From NCBI RefSeq assembly GCF_902652985.1, contig NC_047016.1, positions 25,234,001 through 25,298,000 on the forward strand: DNA of 64,000 nt, read 5' to 3'. A program made the translations under genes and the position numbers. The notes under the pieces are model-generated. The model saw nothing but the letters and a program-made list of their open reading frames with translations, was not told where the DNA came from and searched no databases. Shown here in pieces: positions 39,549 to 59,000 of this stretch (positions are counted from its first letter, which is position 1; the number at the start of each line of letters is the position of its first letter). This DNA is from Pecten maximus. Its lineage: Eukaryota.

Positions 39549-42500
39549 ATGTCTATAAATAGAGTTATTGCAGTGGTCATTTAACATTTGAATTCTGGAG
39601 TAGGTATATATGGATATTTTGAACGAATGAGAAAGAATGTCTCCACTTTTTGTGATAAACCCTTAAAAGGCGCTTGTAAACTCTAGCCCTTCCGTAACTC
39701 CTTGTCTCAGCTGTATGTTCTTTCCAAGGATCCCCTTAAAATAGCTTGCTCTATTGATACTTTTTCCTTGTTCTTTAGCGTTTAACTTCATTGGTATTAG
39801 TTATGCACGCCATGATTATAAAACAAGGCGTTCAATACATATTTTTATTCTTAGGCGCAGCAGGAAATATGGACAGAGAATTGCAGCACATTTTACAGAA
39901 CTATAATAAAGTTCTCAGCCCGGCTACAAGGGACAATCAGACAGTATTGGTTAAACACGGAATCACCGTAACACGGATTGTAGACTTGGTTAGTAGAGGA
40001 AGTTTATCCATCTCTATCCAGAGTTATCGTTCCTTATACCCATTATACAAGGAACGACAACTGAAAATTTAGACGATATTTTGGTGTCAAAACATCTGAC
40101 TTTTCTGACTAATTGTTGAATTATGTTTAATTACAATGGTTTCCTTCATTGAACATGCTATCCCAGCGTTGGCTGTAATACAAAGGTATGGTGGTGCGTA
40201 AGGGCCAAACTTATATCAAATATCGCATTCTCGCGTTTTCGACCTAAGGTCGAGAGAGCGAGAATGCGATATTTGAAATTTGATATTTGGCCCTAACGAG
40301 TCATCATGCGCTAGGGCTAAATATCCTATCTCGCATTCATGCTCTCTCGACCCTATGTCGAAAACGCGAAATTCGAAAACGCGACGGTGAGGGAGCGAAA
40401 ACCCGAGAATGAGTTTGTTCGCTCCCTCGCCGTCGTGGCTTTGCATTCTCGCGTTTTCAAACTAAGGTCGAGAGAGCGAGAATGCGAGATATGATATTTG
40501 GCCCTAACGAGCCACCATACAAAAGCGACCTGTTTCAGTCAAACTATGGAATTGGATGCCTGAAACATGTTCTGTGCTAATTTCTATTTTACTTAAATTA
40601 TCAAAAACAGCCATTAATGACCAGTTCAAATATGTATAAGGATAAATCTCAATTTGTTTTCTGTACTTGTCAGGATGGACCACGTAGGTCACTTTGTGAA
40701 AGGTTTCTGTGGTCCTTGTTAACTTTTTTTCATGATGATGATGATGATGATGATGGTTTTTCTCCATAGAAAGATGACGTTATGACATTAGACATATGGC
40801 AGGATATGGAATGGACTGACGTTCGCCTACGCTGGATGGCTGATGATGTTTTACGTCAAATCAACATCGCCACGGATTTGATTTGGGTGCCCGACATTGT
40901 CCTATACAACAGGTAACCAAGCCAAAAACACTGATTCGGTCAGGACACCTCGCCATGCCAACATCTTCCCCCGCTTCTTGAAGAAAAAGAATCTATTTTT
41001 TTGTTGGTGTTAAACTTACATGCTTCCAATGATGAACAGGTCCAATCTTTTAAAAGATCGATATATCGATATACAGGTACGAGGGATGATTGATATGTTG
41101 TGAGCCTCCTATTTAAGGAGGTACGCAAGGATGTTCTTTTTAAGTTACTATATAGAGCCATGTACCCAAGGACTGGTGTCATTTGGTTAGTTTATATCGA
41201 CGAGGTAGCACTCTTAAGTAAACAAGACAAGCTGCTTTTGCAAAATGGACAAAATCGATGAAAGAGCAGTGATCCAATATTTGCATAAAAATTGTTTAAC
41301 ACCTAGGGATATCCAAAATGATACGGTAGGGACACTAGGGAAAGATGTCCCTTCATATGTTACAGTGAAAATGTGGTTGGTGGAATTTAAACGGGACTGA
41401 CAGAGCCTTGAGGATGACCCCGTCCTGGAAGGCCTGTCAATGTTGCAACCCCAGAAATGGTCAATAAAGCTCATGATATTGTCATGACTGACAGACGAGT
41501 CATAGAAAGATATATAACCAGTGGAGTTGCCATTTCACAGGAAAGAGTACATTCCATTCTGACCTAGGATCTTGTAATGAGAAAGCTTTCGGCCCAATGG
41601 GTACCAAGGCTTCTGATAGTTGATCAGAAGCACACCAGACGCACATTATCGAGTCCTAATCTTAACCTTTTTGAGACGTTCCTACCAACTTTCCTCAGAG
41701 ATTTGTGATTTGGGATGAAACATGGGTCCATCATTTTACCCCAGAGGCCAAACAACAATTGAAACAATGGAAGAACCCTGGCTCTCCTCTGTCAAAGAAA
41801 GCAAAAACTGTTCCATCACCTGGGAAGGTTATTGCCTTGGTTTTCTGGGATGCAGATGGTATTCTGCTGACAGATATCTCCAAAAGGGACAAACAATCAA
41901 TGACACATACTATGCTTCACTTCTGAGGCAGTTACGAGAAAATATTAAAATTAAGCGCAGCGGAAAGCTCACTAAAAGTGTGTTCTTCCATCAGGACAAT
42001 GCTCCTGTTCACAAGTCTGTCATTGTTATGGCCGTCATTCGCGAATGTGGCTTTAAATTGATTGAGCATCCGCCTTATTCACCTGATCTCGCTCCATCAG
42101 ACTTTTATCTATTTCCAAAACTGAAAACAGCTACTTCAGGCACCCACTTTCAGTCCAATGATGACGTCATACATGCAGTGAATGACTTTCTGAACAGCCA
42201 AGAAAATGAGATCTATAAAAGTGGCATTGAGGCCTTTAAACACAGCTGGAAAAATGTAGATACTGAAGGGAATTGTGTTGAAAAATAATACAATAAGACA
42301 AGCAGCTTTTGCAAAATGGACAAAATTCAGGTAAAAATAGGTGTGGTAAAATTCAAATCCTTCAATATGAGGCTCACAACGTATCAATCAGCCCTCCTAG
42401 ATCACTCTCATGACGCCTAAAGCACCCCGCTTTATCCAAAAGGGTAGCTAGCCTGCAACTTGTGAAACGTTATTTGGGGTCCTTATTGTTTTTGTTTCCT

Positions 42501-45500
42501 TTTTTTGTCCACCTGGAAGTTACGAGTCGATTTTGTTTCCACATGGTCAGCTTAAATTCCTTCTCCATTGGATAAATATCAAAAGCTATCATTTATACCG
42601 AAACTCCAGTATATAATCAAATTGAATAGGATATCTTATTGTAACCGTTGGTGAAGAATTCAAGGAAACACCAGGTTCAGTAAATTGGTTCTTTATTATG
42701 CATAAAGACATACAAAACATATAACATGGACGTAGTACATTGACCGGAACAATTACAATATATTTACGCGACAATAGTACACAACGCGACCACGGTTACA
42801 ATTATGCAATAGAAATTTACATTTATATAAAATATATATGAAGACAGACTTACCAGGACTAGCTACAATGTTGTCTGCTCTGTCCAATGGCATGATGGAG
42901 AATGAACAGGGAGCGGGGGACAGGAAGGATATGTGCAGGGAATAGGACGAAAAGTCCGTGCAACACTCTCATCCAATCGAACCTCTCTCATACGATGACG
43001 TTTGAGAAGAGTCCTTACACACACGGGACATACATGTAGTTGACACATGCATGTCCCGAGCGCCCAAGGGCTACATACTCCCCCTCCCTGATGAAATGAC
43101 TCCTGGCATTACATAAATACCTGCTTAACATATATTACATTGGTTAACAGGTAAACAGATAAATTATTGCACTAGTAACAATAACATATTGTCCTAATAC
43201 TCACCCTGATACTGTATTGACCACAGGGATACATAACTAGGAAAACATGACCAGAAGTTGCATGGGTACACTACACAGGATATCCGCAAGTTAACCTTCT
43301 CAGGTAAAACTATATCCTATATTAAGTTAATAACATGTGTAGTAATGGTGTATGGTATATACGCCTATATATATGACCCAATATATTCTTCCCCTCCCGC
43401 AGTATCTATACATACGTAGGTATAATACTATACCCACAATAATGGCACCACTTACATGTTACCATACCTGCTGGACAAGATCCTGGAGGTCGGCAGACAC
43501 CAAACAAAATAAGCTAGTTTAACCAATTTTTACACTTTTTCAAGTATTGGTCTCCATATTGATCAAATGGGGAGAGCGGTTTGGGCAATCCATACCAACC
43601 CCAACCATCGATCAAAGCAGAGATATATGCAAATGATATTTTAAAATTGGTTAATATACAATAATAAAAAGTTTAACAAATAACAATACTAACTTTTGTA
43701 CAGCCGCCCTGACGGTTGGGCCAATCCCTACCAGCCAGTCTATAGACTGTCACAAACTAGACTGTCACAAACTTAAAAGATATTAATTATTAAAATACAA
43801 GTTATAGACTAATACAAATAACAGTGGTGGTATAGAATTGTTACTTGCAATCGAAAGACATGGGTTGTTGTAGACAAGTACACTGGTTAGTTTACGACAG
43901 ACATGAATGACTCTGTAGGAGGTAAACCCATTGCCCGTATAGATCAGGAGGCTTAGTTGTTCGTGTAGAACGGCGGGGCTGAACCGCTTAAGGGCTCCAT
44001 TGATCTACCTGTTCTGAGCTCTCCGAGTTCACGAAAGAACCACATTCTGACAAGGGCACATCAACACTTACTTGTATATCCGACTCCGGATCTGGTGTGA
44101 TGATACTGCCCTCAGGCTCAAACGTGTCTGAACCCTGTTCGATTTCTCTACTGGGCTCAGAACGGTTTTGATTAGAGTCTGATGTCAGATCCTCTCGGTT
44201 CGTTCTCCTCCTAGTGGAACGTCTTAGGTGCTTAAGGGGAAGCAACTCGGTCTCCGTATCGGAGTCTGATGAGGATGTTAGGCTAACTAGCTGTTTGGTT
44301 GGCCCGATCTTTCGAACAGGCACCTTAGGGGGAACTTCCAATGGAATGGAGTTAAAAGGTAGCAACATGTTACGGTGCAAGGTACGACTCTTACCTCTTG
44401 ACCCTTCATATGTCACCTTATACACAGGGATATCACTGTTGGGGATATTAATCACCACACAGGGTTCCTGCTCCCACCTGTCAGCTAGTTTGTTTTTCCC
44501 TTTCAGACCTACCTTCCTGACAAGGACTCGGTCTCCGACCTCTAACTTAGAATCTCGAACCTTCCGGTCATACCGTACTTTATTCTGTTGAGCATTCTTG
44601 TTAGCCTCATTCCGAGCAGCTTTATAAGCTACATCCATCCTATTCCGGAGTTTTCCGATATAGGAGCTCGGATTAACTGCACCCTGCTGACCAGGGTCAG
44701 TTCCTAAGAAAGCGTCCACCGATAACCTGGGGTGCCACCCAAACATAAGAAAGTGTGGTGAATACCCCGTGGCATCGTTTCGGGTTGCATTATAGGCCTG
44801 GACCATTGGTGCTACATAGGACCTCCAATCCTTTTTCTGGGACTCATCTAGGGTAGCGAGCATCCCTATGAGTGTTTTATTGAACCTCTCAGCTGAACCA
44901 TTTCCCATGGGATGGTATGGAGTTGTTCTAGTTTTCTTAACCCTGGCCACTTTGCAAAGCTGCTTGATAACGTCGCTTTCAAAGTTACGGCCCTGATCAC
45001 TATGGAGCCTTTCTGGGAAACTATAGTACACTATGAACTTCTCATAGAGTGCTTTAGCTGTGGTGTAGGCTTTCTGGTTTTTACAGGGTATGGCTAGAGC
45101 ATACCTAGTAAAGTGATCAGTGATTACTAGAACACTTTCTGACCCATCTGATGACCGTTAAGACTCAGGAAGTCAATACAGACTAACTCCATCGGTCTCG
45201 ACGTCTGTATAGGCACCAGCTCAGCTGTAGGTTTAGTTGGAGTTTTCCTTCTAATGCAGCGACCACAGGTCTCTACTTTCTTGTTTACATCTTTCTCCAT
45301 CCCTGGCCAGTAAAAGCGTTGTCTTGCTAACCAAAGTCTTTTTTCTTTCCCCTGATACGTTAAAGAGATATTTCAAATACTTTTCTTTATTAGGTATGTA
45401 TTGTATATCTGATAAGATGTCATAACAAGAAAATGAGATATCTCAAGAACATCTATGATTTCTTATAAAATGCTAACTTGATTTACCGTGCTATAGAACC

Positions 45501-45948
45501 CTTATATTGATAATCCCTATTTTCACACCTATTAAAACCAGCAGTTTATTCAGTCTGTGCACATGTTCTTAACAGCGGAGGAATATCGTCTTACCTCCAC
45601 CCACCAGATACTCGCCAGGCACACGTGTTGTATGACGGAACAGTGTTCGTCAGCTCCGCATTGCGACTCCATGTGTGGTGCGGGAATGCGAATGGCAGTT
45701 CACCTGTGGACCAAGATGGTACCTACACGTGCAATCTGAAATTTGGTTCATGGGGGTATGACGGCTTTCGGATGGATTTACATGGCCGTATGGATGACGT
45801 CGACCTCAGTTCTCTATCCGAGCACAGGCAGTGGAGAGTGAAAAGCACATCAATGACTAGGAACGTCGTTCTTTATTCCTGCTGTCCGGAACCATTCCTT
45901 GACCTCTCGTACACCATACAACTGGAGCCCAAATACGGACCCTGTTAA
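39549..45948 (+). CDS. Soluble acetylcholine-binding-protein-like (nAChR ligand-binding domain only; AChBP/ACCBP-like)
   Basis: Exons 39855-39988, 40770-40912 (LDIWQDMEWTDVRLRW...WVPDIVLYNS) and 45576-45948 (CNLKFGSWGYDG...YSCCPEPFLDLSYTIQL, stop before any M1 helix). Candidate signal exon 39549-39603 contains an in-frame TAA, so the start and intactness are uncertain. Confidence 0.8.
40187..40519. mobile_element. MITE with TATGG termini and 6-bp TSD (IS3EU-like non-autonomous)
   Basis: TIRs tatggtggtgcgtaagggccaaa / tttggccctaacgagccaccata; flanks caaagg / caaaag; repeated internal palindromes tcgcattctcgcg...agcgagaatgcga. Confidence 0.65.
41080..42397 (+). mobile_element. Mariner (DD34D) transposon, full length, inactive
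   Basis: TA-flanked ~29-bp TIRs cgagggatgattgatatgttgtgagcctc / gaggctcacaacgtatcaatcagccctcc. Confidence 0.9.
41245..42288 (+). pseudogene. Mariner transposase pseudogene
   Basis: WVPRLL, DETW, HQDNA and HPPYSPDLAPSDF motifs spread across frameshifts and stops. Confidence 0.9.
42640..45355 (-). mobile_element. 5'-truncated Ty3/Gypsy LTR retrotransposon (integrase + PPT + 3' LTR)
   Basis: Integrase motifs RFYWPGM..CGRC, VITDHFTRY, LHSDQGRNFES, TTPYHPMGNG. 1-bp frameshift ~45159; premature stop at 43988 before an RRSTRTTKPP tail. PPT ~43078-43090; LTR TGTAG...TTACA at 43075-42640 containing AATAAA. Confidence 0.85.
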
Positions 45949-46479
45949 GCCTTTTGGAATTAGTCCATGCACTCCATACACATTGCACCAAAATACGGTT
46001 TGTCCTTGGCTTTTGTGAAGTTTAGTATTGTTCTGAAGCTATATATCATTATAGGACGATGTGGATCATTGGTCAGTCCACACATATTACATTAGAGCGA
46101 GTCCTTTTGGCTTTTGTAGAGTAATTAAAAAAAAAAATTTTATCTGTCATATATATTTTTTCTTCTTATTTGTATTGAATGTCAACATGCAGTGGCTCAC
46201 AACATACATGAACACGTGTAACTGGTAAGTCTTGAGGGACAGTATAGCGGTAACCAATAGCTTCATGGAACGGATGAAGTCACAATTAGAATCAACTTAC
46301 ACATAAACATTAAATGTCTCAATCGCATACAGTTGTTTATAATTAGAAATACCATTTATCGGAAAAGAATCTTATTCTTATTGTTTCAGAAATTATCAAA
46401 TGCTTCCCTCCGGCTTATAAACACCGTGTACACCCGCTACATTCAGGGGCATGTGTCATAGGAGGCCATTGATGCATGC

Positions 46480-46662
46480 TTAAGGTGAATGTGTCTAGGG
46501 AGGCTGCCGTATGTTCGTGTTGTCGCCTTGTGATCGCGCGGAACTGGTGTCGACTAGGTCAGTTTAAAGTGCCATCTCACTGAAGCATTTTTATAGACTG
46601 GTATGTCTCGTCCGGTGGACAGGGGACCCAAAGTCAACCTCACTGGGCAAACGCTCAACTAT
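46480..46662 (-). mobile_element. Old, internally deleted copy of the Meta-core SINE family
   Basis: Reverse complement matches agttgagcgtt..gagacatacca and cttcagtgagat..cacgaacatac(c/g)gcagcctccc segments of 1365-1901. Confidence 0.6.
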
Positions 46663-48200
46663 TGAGATTCTTTTAAGTTATACACATTTGACATGCGACC
46701 TTCGAAGCAGGTGAAGGTCATTCATATGTAACGAAACTTTGATGATTTTCCTGGCCAAACATCAGTACCCAGTTGCATAAAGTTTATAAAAGAAGTTAAA
46801 AGCCGATGGGAAAAGACCACTTCAGCAACATCACAAGCTCTCAGGCACCAATGGTGTCATGCGATGTGAATATTTACATTTCAATCAATCAAAAACCTCT
46901 ATAACCATCAGAAAAGGATTTCTTTATGTTTCTATTTTCATACCACTTTTATCCAAATAAGACAAGCTCTAAATTTCAACAAATCGGAAGTCTACATCGA
47001 ACCATTTTGTGGACAATGTCCAGCTTACAAAGTGTTATATCTATTCCACTAAGGACGAAATAGAACAAATGCAATGGCTCCAAATGCTTAAGTCAAGAAG
47101 AATACAGGGGACTTAATATCAAGTAGCAGTTAAAGCCACTTGCTTACTCCCAAATAACCTAATATTCTGGTTACAAAGTTGTAATCCAAGATGCTCATTC
47201 AGGCTCTCCTAACATCAAAATGACCACTAGCCTGGACGCTTGACCGGGAGATTCCTTTGAGACATCAGTGTATAAAAATAACTTGCTGGATTTATCTTCA
47301 TCACAAAATTTGTAATGGAGCCGAGAACCAGTCTAGAACAATGTGCACTGCACATAAACCACACACATGGCTGTTCACATATTGAGTAGATGTGAACTTT
47401 GCCTATAATAATGCTTTCATTTAACATATTAACAGAATATTTGCATAATAACTGAACAAAATAAACAAACGCTTATCTAAATACTTAATTGTAAAATGTA
47501 GCAGAATTGGTGTTTTGGCAGGCTCACGCATTCAGCCATTTTGTAGGCTAACTACCAGTTGCATTATGGGACTATTTTGCAAAGAAACTTGGGTCTGTCC
47601 GACCCACTTGTTATTTTGATAATTTCCCGTAAACTTTCATAAACACATTTTCCTCCAGTTTTTGATTCGCGATAAATTTTAAGGTATATATATCAAGTCT
47701 GAAAACTGTTAAGAGCTCAAAATGGAAATGTAAACATTTCTTTGGGAGCATGTGACTTCGAAGAAACAAAATTTGACCATTCACTACATGGTTGCCTGCT
47801 TAATTTCTTAATAACTTTGCATTAGAATATAATACATATAGTAACATATCTAACGATTGAGATCAACTTCAATGCCACTTCTTGATGATCCTTTCTAACA
47901 TTACCATGTTTCATCCAAATATTTGAAGAGGATTGTATAATTATCAAAAAAGCACTTTTTTTTTTATCAGATGTCTGAAAGGCAAATTCAATAATTTCAT
48001 TTTATAACATATACACGAGATATCATATTATGTCTTAAAATAAACCTTGGTAGAGTGAGGCACAAGCAGTTGTTCAGATGTACAGACAATGCCATATCTT
48101 TGAAACTATACCCTCCCAGCTCAAAGTATAACACAACATGTAATCTGGGCATAGACAGATTTATTTATAGTGTTGATAGCACATATCACAGGGGTGAAGT

Positions 48201-55422
<7,222 letters not shown>

Positions 55423-55490
55423 GTTTAGGGTATTTCGAAGATAATCTTCGAGTAGCCCTCAGATAGCTTCGGTTGGGGGCCTTTTTAGGC

Positions 55491-55830
55491 GGAAAAGGAA
55501 GTAATCCATGATTCTGCGCATTAAGTAAAATTCTTGGTAACTTGAGCGCTTGCCATGGACTTTCAGTATTTTGGACTTTTCCCTTTGAAGAAAGAATTTT
55601 TCAAGTATAAACATATTACTGAAACAGCATAATTCCCGAATAAATATCATTGAATGAGTGTAACTTCAAAATTGTCCCCTCTTGTATACAAAGACAAATT
55701 TAAAGTTTTCTGTGCGAAGACTTTTTGTAACCCAGATTAATCTATTTTTAAATCCGCCAATCGCATCACAACGCGGCTGCATCTTCTATTTTCGTTTCTG
55801 CCAGAATCACACTTCATGTTGGATGTCAGA
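55491..55830. promoter_or_regulatory. Bidirectional promoter RPL5/CCDC18 with RPL5 5' TOP tract
   Basis: Minus-strand pyrimidine tract cttccttttcc at 55501-55491 (typical ribosomal-protein TOP/TCT start); CCAAT at ~55757; CCDC18 ATG ~590 bp away on the opposite strand. Confidence 0.65.
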
Positions 55831-56090
55831 GGTAGTTTAAGCTTATGTCACAGTCTGGTCTTTGTATTTTCAACCCGCTTATCTTCCGATAGTAACACAA
55901 ACTGTTTTTTTGAAATGTGATCGTTTCGGAAATTCGATGTTTACATCTCTCGTTCCAGAGTCACATGTTGCAGCATGTTTTCAACTTCTCTAAAGATAAA
56001 CATTGCCTCCTCACACCAGGGGCCATGTGTGGACCTGGTTTGAAATGGTCCATTCTAAAGTGAATTAAAGTATACATCGGAAAAATCAAA

Positions 56091-59000
56091 ATGGACGAAT
56101 GCCAGCCACAAGTTTTGTTGATGCAGAACGTCCAGGATCTAAGAAGAAGACTGCGAGAAACTGAGAAACATCTAAACAAACTATCAAAAATAGAAAGGAC
56201 AGACGAGTAAGTTTTACGAAGTGTTGAATAGACAACAGATTTGTTATGTTATTATATATCATTGGTAGTCACACACAATTTGCATTATTTTACAAGAATA
56301 ACGTGAAACATGTAGTCAATGAAACTGTTTTGAATAAATATCCAACATATATAATCTGAGGCATTTAAATAATGTTCTACATTAACCCGGTTAGTCCAGT
56401 TTTACTTCATAAATTATTCTTTGTAATCTTTTACTACCTTCAAATATCAGGCGCGTAGGTGCCTTATGCAAGTACGCAGGTGAATCCACTTAATTTTCAT
56501 AAAAAACTTGTATCAATGTGAAGTGAAATGCACCTTGTATAAGCATAGTAGTAGAAACATATAGTGACACTAGTATTGATACATTGGGAACAGAAATGAA
56601 AATTAAAGTTAACTGGGGGTAAAGCCGGACCATCAACTTTGTTCGTGAATCCACTTAATCAAGGGCCCAGCTACGCCTCTGAATATAAAGACAGTTTATA
56701 TTTACACCTATATAAGTTGTACTGTTCTGGATATGACCTTGTCTCACAAGTTTGAAAAGCTAATTAAAATAAATAATAATAGTTAACCAGACCAGTCTTA
56801 TGGCATAGAACTAAAGACAACTTATATAATTGATAATAATGAATTTTCATTTCAAAATATTTCATTCAATTAAACATTTGAATTAATTTACATGCAATAT
56901 TTCATAATAGAGATAGTATCTAGATGTAGCGGAACTGGACCGGGTCGATCATTGGCGACCAGGTAGCTCAATTGGTAGAGCATCCGGCTAGTGTTCGGAG
57001 GTCCCGGTTTCGAACCCCGGTCTGGCCGTGCATTTTTCCACTCCTACTACATTTGGTGCCTGTGACCAAACCTTGTTTCAAGTGAGGTGAATACTTGACA
57101 AGGGGATACCCGAACCTGGGTTGTGAGTTGTGAAGTCTTCGGGGTCGAAGACTTAAAAAAAAAAAAGGAGGGAAGAGTGTAGCGGAACTGGACCGGGTCG
57201 ATCATCGGCGACCAGGTAGCTCAATCGGTAGAGCATCCGGCTAATGTTCGGAGGTCCCGGGTTCGAACCCCGGTCTGGCCGTGCATTTTCCCACTCCTAC
57301 TACATAGATATAGAAAAGGATTGGACAACAGGCTAAGCCTATACCGGTCCTTTCCGTACGTCCGTTATTATAAATACTATAAATAATCTTAATGATATTG
57401 TTGTATTTCTAATACATGTATAGATATATAATAATAATGAATTGTTTCTTCAATGTGATGCTCAGAACAAATTTTGGCACTGACAATTTTATATATAATA
57501 AATCATATCAATTATCATTTCCATGTGAACATGAGTAAATTAGTCACAACAATATATTAATAACCAGTTTTTTTTGTGTTTGAAGTGATGTTCCCAAAAC
57601 CAATTATTAATTTTCTATAGGTTTTAGTGTCTGTCTCACTCAATTTGATGTGGATGAAGACTCAATAACAAAAGTAAATTCAATTTACATGTTTATAATT
57701 TGCAAATTTTCTTGCAGTGATGACCTTGATTCTGTAACCACAGTGAACAGTATCCCTATGTCAGAAAGACTTCACATGTTTGATCACCTTCAGTTCCCCA
57801 ATAAGGAAATGATGGATATAGATGATAGGGAAAGTATACAATCAGGACTGGCTACTCTTCCAGATTCTTCCTATGCAGGATTTGAAAGAATACAACCACC
57901 ATCCAGTACTCCTAATAGACCACAGGTATTTAATTGATTATGCTCTTTGACGTACTCTAAATCCTTAATTCAAACCAAATGTTGTGATTCATGCACTAGT
58001 AATTTTCAAAATTTTACACATGTAGCAAATGCTGCTTTATATATGAAATTATAAAGAACAATTTGCTGTTTAATGCTAATATTTTGCAGAGATGCAGAAA
58101 GTATTAAATATTCAGTATTCAACATTCAGGACACATAAGATGTGCATTGATACAAAGGTCTGTTGATGATTCTTTTCTCTTTTCCACAGACCTCTAGTAG
58201 ACCAGACAGAGAATCCCGTCTGAAACAGGACCAGTATCGATCAGAACAAGAGGATGCACGCTACCTCAAGGAGGCAAACAGGAAACTGCTTCAACAGAAC
58301 CATAAACTTCTAGCAGAGGTAGAGAAGTGTAGCCAAGAGGTCAACAGCAGCAGAGTCAAGGTAGGGATCAAGGCAAAGCAGAATAAAATTGATCAAAATT
58401 CTTGTATTCATCTACATAGTCCAAGTTCCTCCTAACTCCCATACACATTTTGATGGAAAGCCTGATGGCAGCATAAAGACATAGCTTGACAGTGGAGAGT
58501 CTCATCAGTAGTCATAGGGAAAATCTCTTGTCTAGCATGATAGAAATTGGGAATGACTGCAACAGTGGACAATATGGTTCCTTGCACAGTAGTGGCAACA
58601 CAGCGTAGTCTATTTTCCAGTCATTTTTCATAGCAAGAGTTTTGCATTGAAGCAATCCCTATAGATTATTGAAACATAAGAAAATAAAAAATGTGTCCAC
58701 TTATTTTATGCAAAACTATTCTGACACAAATGGGGACCCCATAAAATCTGAACAGGAATCTATTTATATTTACCTTGAACATACGCTGGCAAAATGGAGT
58801 AGCTATGTTTTTCTTCATTGAAGATCGAAGAACTGAGTAATGAACTGGATGAGTACCGACAATCCATCCCAGATCTAGAAGACAAGATTGTAGGACTGCA
58901 AGCAGAGACAGAGGCACAAGACAATGCTCTAATGTAAGTGTTTAGTTTAAACTGATGCCTTAAAATTCCCAAATATACTAATGTTACAAAGTAAAGTTAA

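Noticed and set aside
40504-40767. ORF with poly-His (MEKNHHHHHHHH)
   Set aside because: A (GAT)n microsatellite just upstream of the AChBP-like exon acceptor, read antisense.
56957-57281. Two tandem tRNA genes (Thr-AGT / Ile-AAT)
   Set aside because: They lie within LTRs with PBS, PPT and TSD; the anticodon differs between otherwise ~96% identical copies; stems are imperfect.
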